Part shown: positions 26,601 to 39,443 of the stretch, piece by piece
Layout: every line of letters starts with the position of its first letter
Numbering within the stretch: the stretch's first letter is position 1
Origin: Lama glama
Taxonomy: Eukaryota
NCBI GenBank assembly: GCA_028534125.1
Contig: CM052816.1
Location: forward strand, 73,410,001 to 73,474,000
Direction: 5' to 3'
Length of the DNA stretch: 64,000 bases
Translations under genes and position numbers: made by a program
The notes under the pieces: model-generated
What the model was told of the DNA's origin: nothing
Databases searched by the model: none
What the model saw: the letters and a program-made list of their open reading frames with translations, nothing else

Positions 26601-28099
26601 ATATGTTTCATACAGTGAAACCTCAGAAAGATAAGAGAAAGTTGAAGCTTCTATTAGAGACTAAAGGCTTTAAGAGAAAGGATATTTGACAACACTCATT
26701 TAAGAAATAATTTCAGTGTAGTTAAAACACTAGCATCATGTCTAAGAGCATGAAATTCTAAAGACTAATAATTGTTTTTAGTTTTCTTTTGAATAACTGC
26801 TTCCTCAATATTGAGGCTTTTTTTTTTTTTGCCAACCACCAATCAAATAAATGCACTTTAATTTTTAAACCGAAGTATGAAACCAAAATGTTTGTTCTGT
26901 TGCTCTTTTCCTCTTATTTTCTTTACATGTCACTTATAATTTCTTTCATTTGAAAGATTTTAACTTTCAAGGGAAAGTTTGCTCTGAAAGCTTATAATTA
27001 ACACCTAATTATCAAATTTCAGGATTAAATTTTATTTCATATGCCTATTTACAACTTTTATAATAAGAAATTCAGCTGTGAAAAACAAAATCTTGATGAG
27101 TAGTGCCATCTAGCATCACAAAGAAAAAGTTGTTCAACTACTTGGTGAAACATTGGGAAACTGATCACGTCAGCCAATACACTCTCTCTGATCTATTTTC
27201 CAGGGGGAAATAAACAGACATGATCAATTGGTAGACATGCATACCAAGCCTATATAGAGGTGATATACCATATGATCTCTGGAAGATACAACTGAGAGAG
27301 GTGACAGTGAGGTATAATTTCTGATTTGCTAGCTGTCATGCCACCATTTCTCAATCCATCTTAAGAAAACATATCGGAATTCAAATGAATAAAAATAATG
27401 TTAGTGTAGCGAAACACTGACTATGTCCTAATATATAAAATAAAAAGCAAATCACTCACAACCTTTATCTTATTATGAATAACAACTTGTGACACCAAAT
27501 GAAGGATCAAGACCTGCTAGTGTTTTGGGTAATGAATTTAGAACTTTAGCCGTTAGGTATAATGTCACGGTAAGAAAGATGTCACAGATTTAATCCAGGA
27601 TAGAACTGACGACAGTTATTCTAATCACCTCTCTTAAGGTGCTTCTTACGGTGATAAGCAACAATGAGAGTAGATGACTCGTGGAAGATATATTTCTTTT
27701 GCAATTCAGATGGGCTCAGACATGAGATAGCAAGAGAACTTAAACGGTTGTCTTAGAAAAGGGAGAAAACCACGGGACATGGGCCAGACAGGAGAGCTTG
27801 CTCTGTGGGTGTGGCCAATCACTCCAGTTAAAATATGCTAAAAGGAGGCCACCTGGAGCTCCTTTCAGGCCAGTGGCCAGGAATGCAATGTCTACTAAGG
27901 GGGACTCCAAAGGCAAACGGACAACTTGTCAGGAACAGGCAGCTTTTCAGAACTCAAGTTTTAGTTTGGGATTTAGAACTAAAAAGGAGCTATAAATACC
28001 TATCGTGAAACTAAAATGTGAATCCAGCTATATGCACTGAGCAACACTATATCTGAGCCATATTCCAGTGAAAGTAATTTTAGATTCTTACCTTCTCAG

Positions 28100-28350
28100 A
28101 GGCAGGATAGCATAATGGTTGGAAGCATGATTCTGGAGGCTCAGCACCTCACTGCCTGTATGCTATGTGATGTTGGGTAAAGTAGACCATTTGTCTGAGA
28201 TCCAACATTCTCACCTGTAAATAGATAATAGGAATAATGTCCAGACCTAACCCAGGAGGATGATGAAGACTGAATGAATGAAAAGCACTCAGCATGGTTC
28301 CTGTCACATAATAAACAGTTGACAGAAATGTGCTGTTATTACTGTTATTA
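28100..28350 (+). mobile_element. MIR SINE
   Basis: 'tagcataatggttggaagcatgattctggag...ctcacctgtaaatagataata...cacataataaacagttgac'. Confidence 0.75.
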
Positions 28351-29997
28351 CATAGTTACTACTCCTTTCTGCACTGGTTTGATTTAAAAAGCTGGATGGC
28401 ACTGGGTCTTCAGACACAGGGTCTCAGCTCCATTTAAGCATGACTAAGGAGTCAGTCACCCACCACTAATATGTAAACAAACAGTTCCTGGCCCTAATGG
28501 AACTGAGTATGTAGCCCTGCCACAATAAATACAGGAGTACTTGTTACTGCCGGATAAAGTGACAATATATTAACACATTTTTCTATGTAACATTCTGACA
28601 CATTAACAAATGAAAATGCAACCAACCTACTCATTCACTCCTCCAAACTATAAATTCCATTTTAACACAAGAAAACAGGATGTTAGGAGTACTGTCTGTC
28701 GCTAGTTTTAATTTTTCCCCTAAAGTACGCGTTTTGATGAAAAATGAAACGCACTTCAATGTGCAATCTGAGCTTTAGCTGGTCTCCAGGAAGAATGACG
28801 GCTGTTCCATGACTATTACTCTCCCTCTTTTTTACCTTCACTAGACATCTGAGTTGTAGATAATTAGAAAGAAGCTTGGTTAATTTATACAAAGAAAGAA
28901 GGTTTTATTTCTCTACTTTCAAGGGAAACATAAGCACTGAAGCATCATAGAAGGGGAAAAAAATCCTGCCTAGGGTGATAATGCCAGGGGCTTAGCTTAC
29001 TTCCCTTGCTTCTGGGTTGCCTTTTTCTCCTCCAGATGTTCAAGCATCCGATAGATCAATAAAAACACTTTATTTATACATCAGATTAGTTCTGGTTTAT
29101 TACACATATCCACAATTCTGATTTTCAGTGGCCAAAGCAGGGAATTTTGGAGACCATGAGTGATTTTTTTCTGGGCTCCAGACGTGAACTAAATGAGTGA
29201 CCAATACCAGTCCTGAGGCCGTGCGAATGGAAACGGCACCACCAGCAGACACTCCAGCATAAGAGAAGGCTCCTTAATCCCAACACTGCCTTTCTGTGAT
29301 GTAGTTATGTGAATGGAATATAAACAGCTAGAGAACAAATTTTATCTTAACAACTGGTATTCCTTTGAAATACGAGATCTTCTTCTGGGCACGTAGAGGA
29401 CAGGCATGAAAAAAGCACTTGCAAGTGGAAATAAGACACTTAAAAACTGATGTATCTAACTTCACAAAGTTCTACTTGCCTTCTAGTCTTACTCTCCCTT
29501 TTCCCCTCCCCTTGTGATAAGCTATAAACGGAAGATAGAAGGCTCATTTCCAGGTGAGTAGCCTGCTTGAATAAAATTTAAGGAAGTTTAGACACTTTTC
29601 ATCTAACAGCAAGAAAGCCCAAGGACGTAAGCCTGCGACAGGGAGCTACAGAATCAAATGTGACGTGGTCAGTTTCCCACTATCGAGTCATTATGGAGTA
29701 AAGGAAGCATTGATGCTAACTTAAGCTTTAAGTCTATTTTGCCTGATTTCTTAGTGACCCTGCACCTCTTTTAGCAGCTCTTGAGGCCTGCAGAGGCATT
29801 AGAGAGGGTTTCAGAAGGCAGCAGGACTACATAGCTCAGGTCAGTGTCCACAGAGTTCACACAGTTCATGCTGTTTGCATAATTCTCAGGAACTTTTTAA
29901 GAAATTTGTCTAGGATTAAGAGTTAGCTGAATTTGAACTTGGTTGCCCATGACTCTTTCCTCTCCAAGTTTTACAATAAGACCTCCAATTAACTTCT

Positions 29998-30399
29998 TAT
30001 GGTGGATGAATTATTGGCGCTGATACTTCTTCCTTCCCTAATTGACACACTTAGACATGTCACTTTGCAGTTGCTCCCACTAAAGGCACTGTGTTTCCAT
30101 ACTCCATGACTCAGCTCAGTCAGATGGCTTGCTCTGGCCAGTGAACCATGGGCAGAAGTGACAAGGCTCTTTTACGTGTTGAGCTTCTGGTGTCATCATC
30201 AGAGCATACCTAAACTAAGCTAACTAGTTCAAAAAGGGTGAGAAGTATACAGAATAGGCCTGAACCCTTACAGCCCAGCCTCACCAACCCCAGACCAGAT
30301 CAGCTCAACCTCAGATGACTTACAGACACTGGAGTGAAAAAAATGGCTGCCATTTTTTGTCATGGTTTTCAAGTTTGTTCAGCAGCACTAACTGATACA
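29998..30399 (+). mobile_element. ERVL-MaLR LTR (MLT1I/J-like)
   Basis: 'cactttgcagttgctcccactaaagg', 'cttgctctggccagtgaaccatgggcagaagtgaca', ends 'gcagcactaactgataca'. Confidence 0.75.
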
Positions 30400-32289
30400 C
30401 CTTTCCTCACAGTCCCCATTTTCTTAACTTTTAACCTCTTTTTTTATGTCTCCTTAGTCCCTCTCCCCTTTTCTTGTCTTTAAGATTCAATACTATTCTC
30501 CGACAGAGCTGAAACAATTCAGTCAATAATTTATTAAGGTTTTGTTTTTGTTAGTTTGCGAAAGAAAACCACTAACATTATAAAAATATGGCACAGATAA
30601 ATTAGATAATGTTTAAAATTATGTTATAGTCATAATTTTACCCATATCAATATCAATAGTGACTAGATGTATGAATTATATACTTTTCTAGTTTCATACA
30701 TTTGTTTTTCTCTATGGTGGTCTCATAGTGAATACTACATGTTCATGGAGGATAATACCAAGTTAAGAGATCTATTACAGTTTTTAAATTAACTCAATCT
30801 TAGAACTATTCGATTTGAGTAATACTAGACATTTTGATGATATAAAAAAGGTAATTAAATATCAGATAAAAAAATTCATCCAAACACTTAAGTTTTAAGG
30901 AAAATTAAGAAACTTAAAGCAAATAAACTAAAGCAATTCCTAAGGAAAACTGACAATCACTGGTAATACAGGTTTATTTGATACAAGCTTTAAGTGATAG
31001 TTTCAGTATCTCATAAATTTTAAACATATAATCCTCATGATTTTCTAAACTTCATTTATTCAATAAACTTTTACTGTCAACTTGTAATTTGTGATAGATA
31101 CTTTATCTTCCATATTTTAAATTTAGTGACACTTTGAATAGCTGTCAGTCTTTTTATATTCTTTACTGTATCACTGAATTCTGGACATATTTCTTACAGG
31201 ATATTTCATGAATAATTAGAAAGAAATCAGCAACATTACGTTCCAGTTCACATGTACTCTTTTCTCAACTACTATTTTAAATCTACTAAATATTTTGTGA
31301 ACCTGCAGTCTCATGATTTTCTGATATGTGTTTCACATTACCAGTAGAATTATATTTCTAAAAACAAATGTGACCAAGTAATTTTCAGGCTTAAATTTTT
31401 AAAGAACTTCCCCTTCTCGATGGGATAAAGTTAAAATGTTTGATGTTTTAATTTTAAAAAGTTTTATTTCATTTCACTCAACTTTCCAACTTCATGTTTT
31501 ATCACTTTCCCCTCAATAAAGTATTCAAATGACAGTTGAAAAAGTTTCAAAATGGAACAATATAGGTTTGAGGACAGTAGATAAATATCTTCTTACATTA
31601 GATCATTAACTAAATAATCTATACTAGGTTAGAGGGAAATTTCTAGTGATATACAGTAAGATTTCATTGCCAACTCTATTTAAATTTACTTGAAAGGTGA
31701 TGTTGAAAACTGTAGATGCTGCAAAACAGGAAAAACCTTAGTGACCATAATGAATGTTTAAAAGATAAATGTCAACTTTAAAAATGGATATAATCTAAGA
31801 GTAACGAATATCAAAATCGACAGGTTAAAAAAACAAACTTACCAATTGGTTTTGTAGACTGAGGGAGAGCTAACAGTACAAGGTGAATAAAGTTTAGTTG
31901 TTCTACTTGACAGTTAATTTTGAAAACTATCAAACATCCAGCACATATCAGCCTGCCTAGAGCGAGATTTTGAAGTAAAAGGCAGAATAAATTATGACCT
32001 AGTGCTCAAGGAGCTTGCAATCTTGAGAGCAAACAATTAGACAAAATGTTACATAATTTCTTAATAATCAAAAGTATTCTTGGCTGCACTAAGAAAAAAA
32101 ATATAATGTCAAAAATTTGGGAGGGTTATTTGTTTGCCTCACATAAAGAATAATAGCAGATAAACTAAAGTCAATTCAGAGAAGTACAGGAAAGATTATG
32201 AGAGGAATTAAAATTATATCATATAAAGAATTGGGCATGTCTCATTTATGGAAGTGAAACTGGATGGACGACTAAGAATTTGTAATAAT

Positions 32290-32530
32290 GATAATAATAT
32301 AAAAATAAAATAATTGACTCTAATTAAACATTACCTATGTATTAGGCATTCCACTGCACCAAAATTATATAATTATATTTTAGAGATTTTTCTATTTTTA
32401 TTTCTATTTTTGCAGATGAAGAAATGAGGTTTAACACATCTACTAATTTGCCCAAGGTCACAAAGTTACAGGTTGAGCTTTAAGTTCAAGTCTGTACACT
32501 CTAGGGCTTGAGTTACTAACCATGACACTG
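32290..32530 (-). mobile_element. MIR SINE
   Basis: 'ctatttttgcagatgaagaaatgaggtttaac...taatttgcccaaggtcacaaag'. Confidence 0.75.
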
Positions 32531-33361
32531 CCTGATGTGTATCAAATGATGTCAAAGGAAAATGTATGAAAGTATTTTGAAATGTATAGAGTACTATTAA
32601 AATTATTATTATTTTTATTATTGCACTCATTAGGGCCAAGCAAAGATGAATGCATAGAAGCCATAAGTAATAATTTATGGACAGATTTTTTTTTTTTTAA
32701 GTTAGAAGTCTTTAGTGCAAATGTGAGTTCCTGAACTTGTACCAGTGAAGGTTTTCAAATGTAGCATAGATGACCGTTTGATTGGACTTCGGGGAAGAAA
32801 CGTGGGCATCAGGTGGGTGTCTACAAATTTTGAAAACATTTTATTTTTCATCAATCACAAGTTTTTGAAAACACAATTTAAATATATTTGTATAGTTATA
32901 TGTTTTCTATTCTGCAAATAGACTTTTCTTTGGAGAAAGTCATTTTAGTTATCTTGTATCCTTTTTGAAGTTACATACAAATCATTTCAGGGAAAAGATC
33001 TCTAAGGAAGATTTGTGGTTCTCCTTTCCCATCATTGGATGCTGTGACAAATATAGTCTTAACACCAAAAATATTTTTTACCATAAATCTCAGAATGAAA
33101 TTGTATGTATATTACTTTCAACTTTCACTATATTTTTTCAAGAGATTGATTTTGAGTTTCATAGTAGTTAAAGATGGCATCAAATTATCTTCACTAACAA
33201 ATTCTATTTTACCTTTTGAAATATCTGCTAGTTATATTTTACAATACCAGGCAGTTTAGCATCTAGTTCAACTTTTAAGCTATATATTTCACTTTATTCT
33301 CAAATGGTGAGAAATAGTCTATGTAGTGTATAGTATTATGGAAACTTCCATTTTATCTTTC

Positions 33362-35429
33362 TTATTTCCCATATTTTTGGCCCATTGTAGAGAACATTAG
33401 TCCATTAATGACAGATACAGATGGTATCCATCTGGTATCCATCTTTAACTCTAAAAATAGAAGCATAAGGATGCTCTGAAACATTAGACTTTCAAAATCA
33501 GATGTGAGCCAACAGCTCAAGGAAAAAGTTATTTGATCCATTCTGATTTTTGCCATAGTCCTCATCTTATATTACAAATAAGATAGAGGATACATTTTTT
33601 TCTGAAATGAGTTGTATCTTTAAATCTACCACCTTGCGCTATTCCAAAGCAGTTACCAAATATCTAAATCATTTGTATCAACCAATTTTCACTTATGGCT
33701 TATCTCAAAATTTTCTTGGTAATCACTAACATTTGAGACATCTTCTGAAGTTTTGTTTTTAGCATGTTAGTTCTTTGCATAAGAAAAATTCAAGTATCTC
33801 AGAGATGAATGTAACTAAATAAAAAAGGATAGTCACTGCTTCACAAAATCTCATCGTTCATTGGGTCCTAAAAGAGAAAAATGATCATATTTCTCATCAG
33901 CATCACCAATAGTCATAGTTATCATTTAAATTCTACTTGGTTTATTTTCCCGAGATAGAATATACCATGACCCAGCCCTTCAGAGACACTATGGAGATAT
34001 AAAGAAGATTTCAAAAGCATTTTAGGTGTTCCTAGAGGAAGTGTTAGCAAAAATACAACGATATGCCATGCATTTAACAAGAAAAATATTTTTAAAAAAG
34101 AGAATAAATTCTTGAAATAAACATTTTCATGGAAAACAATAAGTAAGAAGCAGAGTATCAATAGCAGTAACAACTTTAGTAAGCTTACGGTGATATTTTG
34201 AATAACTATCTAAAGGAAAAAATAAGTGATTCTGTTGCTAATGTAACTTTTTTTAAATTATTGGATTTTTATATATACTTTCTTGAGTGTATGTTCTGGC
34301 ATCTATAATCAATTTTGCTAAATTTAGAGATTTTACTATATGTATATATGTGTGCACTTTACTTCTTCAACTTCAAAAAAGCTAAAAGTTATTTTGTTCA
34401 CCCAGTATTTCCACATCTTAAAAATACATAAAGGCATAATGTGTTCTAGGCCTAAAATCATGTGTTTGTTACTGTGTATCATAGAAACATATAAGATAAG
34501 CCCAAATCATTTGCTAATGAATTAAAAAAAAAAAAAACCAGAAACCCTGGATATTGTTTTTAGCTGGGTCTAAATGTCACTTTGGGGAGACAATGATGAG
34601 GTTCAACACATACCCTTTATAGATGAAGAAATTAAGCTCCAAAGAGGCCGTGCGACTTGCTCAAAGCCGTAGAGAAGACGTGCAGCACGATCTTTCACCC
34701 AAGAACCTTGTGTAACTGTGAAGAGAACAGAAATGTTGCAGTATTCTGATGAAAGACTTAAAAAATATGCATACAAACGTTTCTGCGTTACCTGGTACCC
34801 ACTGCATCTCTATTGTGCTTAGGATAGTAACTGCCATGCAGCAGCGGGTTAGCAAATATTCACCGAAAATATAAAGAAAAACAACAACAACAAAAAAACC
34901 ACAGAAACGTTGGGTCCTTTAGTAAACACTTACCAACAAATCTTGAAAACGTCACTACATGTTTGTAGCTAATACTGAAGAACCTGAATTCCCAGGAAAA
35001 GCTCTGATTTTAGTCAGTAACATTTTTTTTTTAATTAAGGAGACTTTACAGTGTATTTTTAAAATATTTTCATTTGAAAATGGTTAAAAATTTTAAAGCT
35101 TATTCACTTAAATGTGTAAGAAAATTACCTTGGAAGCCCACGACATTGCAACAAAGCCAGAGCAATGAAACACTATGATAAATGTATCAAATAATATAAT
35201 GAGCAATAATGTAAATAATTATTATTATGACAACCTTTTCAAGTTTTAGATTCAAACACCGAAAATTTCTATTGACCATTGGCATTCTACATAACACAAC
35301 AGGATTGAAAAACATTGTTTTGCTGTTTTATATTGGCTTTGTTTTTGTTTTTCACTTGTTTATTTTCCAGTGTAATACTGCACTTTATTTTCATTCAGTG
35401 ACAGGAATGTCTACCTGGATAAGCATCAT
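33362..35429 (-). other. Speculative cluster of small exon-like segments (unverified)
   Basis: Six AG/GT-bounded segments join in frame into a 100-aa peptide; assembled by eye, no homologue recognised. Confidence 0.15.
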
Positions 35430-35589
35430 TTATTAAAAAAAAAATAAGAAGAAGAAAAGAAAGAAAAATCAAAAGCATGAAAGTAAAAAGATGCTTTTTT
35501 TTTTTTTAATGTGACCATGAGCACAAAATAAGCTACCAAAAAAAAGGCTTCTGCAGATGATTCCAGAAGTGTTTGAAAGCATGGGTCCT

Positions 35590-35850
35590 GGAGGAAGGCT
35601 GTCTAATTCCATGTCCTGGATCTGACTTTTCCTGGTTGTATGATGCTGGCAAGTGACAAAACCTCTCCAAACTTGACTTTCCTCACCCTTAAAATGGGGT
35701 GATTATAATTCCTAACTGTTAAGACAGATGTGAGGGTTAAACAAAATGATTAAAATATTTTAAAGCTTAAACATGTTTAAACAGAGCTTTAAATGATGGC
35801 TAATAAATAAAAAGCAGTACATGTTATCTGTGTTATTATTATTACGTAAA
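35590..35850 (+). mobile_element. MIR SINE
   Basis: 'ggcaagtgacaaaacctctccaaacttgactttcctcacccttaaaatggggtgattataat...tgtgagggttaaac'. Confidence 0.7.
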
Positions 35851-37259
35851 TCTTCAACCTCAAAGGAAGCATTACTACTAAGATCACTATTTTGAGATAA
35901 AAGATTAAAAAAAAAGTCACACAACAGAGGTAGTGATTCTGGACCTTATGCTCACAATCCTTTTACAATTCAGCCTCCCAGAAATTGGAGATAATAGAGG
36001 AATCAACCCAGAGCTTGATAAAGCAAAATGAATACTTTATCCCTGATAAGTATTTGACAGATGTAATTGTGGCTATGCTGAGACAACCCCTCTATATTTG
36101 GTACTATTTCTTTACCCTGATTATTTATAGGATGCCAATGACATAACTTGAGCACAGATGTAGTGAAAGTGAAGCTGATGGCCTCCATATGTGATGAACC
36201 CCCTTTTGACAAGAACCTTTATATGAAGACTGGGCCAGCATCTGCCAGGAATGTCTTAGGAAGGAGACAGGGCAGCATGGCCTGAAAGATCCCTGGCACC
36301 TCTAAAATGTTCTGAAAATCTGTTTAACCTGGGCTACATATAATCTCTGACTTTAAAAAAAGGAAACAAATTAGATTAACATCATTAACAACATTGCAAA
36401 GGAGTCTCCAGTTTTAAAAGAACCAATTCTTTTAAAAACTATAAACACATTAATTGTAAGCAAACAATACAATTGCTTATAAATTCATCTTATCTATTCC
36501 CTAAAGCATTTCTAATCTATGGTTGGTAAGAGTTAGCTAATAGGTCCTACACTGAGAACATAAAAACAAAATAAACAAAAACTAACTGGAGAGCTTTATG
36601 AAGACTCCTCAGATGTTTTACAAATCCAGACGCCTGCTCCCTAAATTGAAGAATCAAATCATTTTGATGATGCATCTATTCAACAGACATTTGTCTCTCT
36701 TCAAAAAATCACTTAGTGATGTTTGGACTATTTCCACCTGCCGGCCCTGCCCTATGGGAGAGCTGACTATTTCCCCTTAGAGCTGAAAAATGCCAATATT
36801 TAAGGTCTATCAGCCTGAAGTGGCTAAGTCCATACCAAGAGAATATACTATCTGTTGGCGCTCTCCCTTCCCTGATCACTGTGCTTAAGGAAAGAAAATG
36901 TGTACGTGTGTGTGTTTTCAAAAGTAAAAGAGAATGAACTTTCAAACGATATGCCCTTTAGAAACAAATTTACCCGCTTGAGCTCTGTCCACTGCCTGGG
37001 GCCACTGAAAACCAAAACAGGATGTTTTTCTAAAAGGAGTGACTAGCTTACCTTACTTTCTCATTATAAAGAGCAACCACCCACTCACCTGGGTGTTACT
37101 GCTTTGCTCCAGAAGAGCAATTAAAATTCACACACTCTTTGCTACCCCAAGATGGCCCAGAAGAGGAATTGCTTAATTCCTTGATGAAACATTAACTGAC
37201 ATGTTTAATGACAACCTACTACGTGCTCTTGAACTTTAAACATAGTGACAGATCTAATT

Positions 37260-37640
37260 ATTCAATCTAATGTTTATTGAAAATCTACTAAATAAAGCTG
37301 TACAATGCACGGAGCTTAGGGTTAAAAGAGAAATTAAGAATTTAAAATCTATACTCCCTCTCTTAAAGAGATCACAGAATGAATGTTAAGTTAGATATGC
37401 ATGCATGAAGAGAAAACAAATGCCTGACATTAAATAAGTGGAAAATGATAATTAATGCCACAGAAATTTCATGGGAAAAGAGATCACTTTGAGCAAGAAG
37501 GTGAAAGAAAATGTAAGCCAGGTGGATGGATCTTGGTGGACCCTGAAGGATGGTGATTTGCAGAAGAGTGGACAGCACAGAGATGACATTCTAAGAAATG
37601 GGATGGAGAAAGATACAGAAGAAAGCACAGAGGCATGTCA
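37260..37640 (-). mobile_element. L2 fragment
   Basis: 'ttcaatctaatgtttattgaaaatctacta...' followed by purine-rich L2-like body. Confidence 0.5.
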
Positions 37641-39443
37641 AGGATTTTAAAGCTTCATGAAAATAAAATAATGGCTACTATAGGGCTGGGGGCATAAAAA
37701 TATTACCAAGTGCTAAGTCTTTAGAGGAACTGTAGATCATTATGGAGAACTGCAGATGCATAATGCACAAGCTACTCCAGGCACATACAGTAGCTAGCCA
37801 AAATGCAGCAAAACCATTTTTAATAAAGCCAAGCTTTCAAACAAAAAGGAATAAATTCTAGGTATCCAAAATGAAGAGAAATTTCAAATCTGTAGCAAGT
37901 TGGTAATGCATCATATTAGAGGCTTGGGAGCTGAGATGGTTAGTAAAATCTTAGATCTAGGCCACAATCATTGTGCAGGACAGGGACTTGGAACATGTCA
38001 TCTGAATAATGCTAAGAAGCAAAGAGCAGCTGTACCATTAACAGGAACCAGAAACACTGCACCACCTACACAGGAATTTAGCCCAGAACTGAGTATTGCC
38101 CTCCCTACAACAGCAAGCAGTAAGCAGAGACAGCGTCACCCAGGAGAAATCAGAGCTCCAAATCTGAGTGACATGCATATGTAGAGCTCAAATTCAGACC
38201 ATATATATAACACAGGAAAAACAGACTGAGAATAGAACATAAAAACTGGTCCTGAACTACTAAAACCCATCCTGTCTGGGGTAGGAAAGAGTTTGATATA
38301 ACTAAGTAAGAAGGTAAAGGATGGAATAGAATCCATAAAATAAGAACAGGATATCATTATTTTTTAAGTCAATTCGGAAAAAATATAGAAGTGTCCAGGA
38401 TTTAAGAAAGACATATTTCCTTATCTAGTAAAGGCACACCAAAGCCAGCAGGGTAATATAAACAAATTCACTCATAGACATATCAAGCGTTATAATTTTC
38501 TGGAATCCAGGGAAATACTTTGCCATTATCTCTCTGCTCATTCGCGGTCTTCTCAGCTTCTGCAAATTTTATTAGAAATACACTGGAGCTAATCCTGCAC
38601 GGAATGCGTTTTAAGTTTTCCTTCATAAACTGTATTCTGGATGATAGTCTCAGTTTGATCTTCAAATTAACTATCTATTTAGATGTACTGAAGCTGACTC
38701 TTTAACTGAACTATTTAATATGTTTTTTTACAATTCAATTAATATATATAAATATATTTTTTTCCAATTCAAGACTAGGATTTTAAAAAAATGACATTTT
38801 AAGGTATACAGAGACTTTAAAAGCTTACTGGCAAAGACCCTTGCTGAAATAACTAGTAGAGGATGTACTTCAACAAAAGGAAATTGAATCTCCCGAAAAA
38901 GGAATAGTAAGAAAAAATAGTGAGCAAAGGAATTAGTCAAATAAAGAGATAAATGAAAGCTGAGTGAGGGCATCACCAGAACCAAGAAGTGCTGTGAGGT
39001 ACTGTAAATATTTGTTTTTAAATTAAAAAAAAATAAGTATTGAATAAAATAAAATAAAAAATAAGTAAATAACTATTTTTAGGGTTTAAAAGCAAGGTGC
39101 AATAACAATAACACAAAAGACAGCAATTTTGGAGGGAAGTTAAAGTACTCAGTTTCCTGTACTTGTTAAGGGAAGGACAGAAATATTGATCACTTTTAGA
39201 TTTTTTGGAAGAGCAATAAAGTTGTATGTATTTAGAGATTTTAAATACTGAGCGAAGGCCATTAAAATGAATGTAATGGCATGTATAACTTTGAAACCAG
39301 AAGAATAAACAAATGAAATAAAGAAAACTCCATTTATTTAATACTCAGAGAAAGAGAAATAAGTCAAAAAATAGATAAAAATAAAATGATCAAAACAAGT
39401 GTAAATAGATCAGTATTCTTAAAAAAAATAGAAAATGGATCAG

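Noticed and set aside
27102..27119. CTCF-like 'gtgccatctagcat'
   Set aside because: Matches only part of the motif (lacks the terminal TGG); not supportable without a PWM scan or ChIP data
27996..28846. Tiny minus-strand AG..GT segments (11-24 nt) near 28.0 and 28.8 kb
   Set aside because: Phases are inconsistent with each other and the sites are too common by chance
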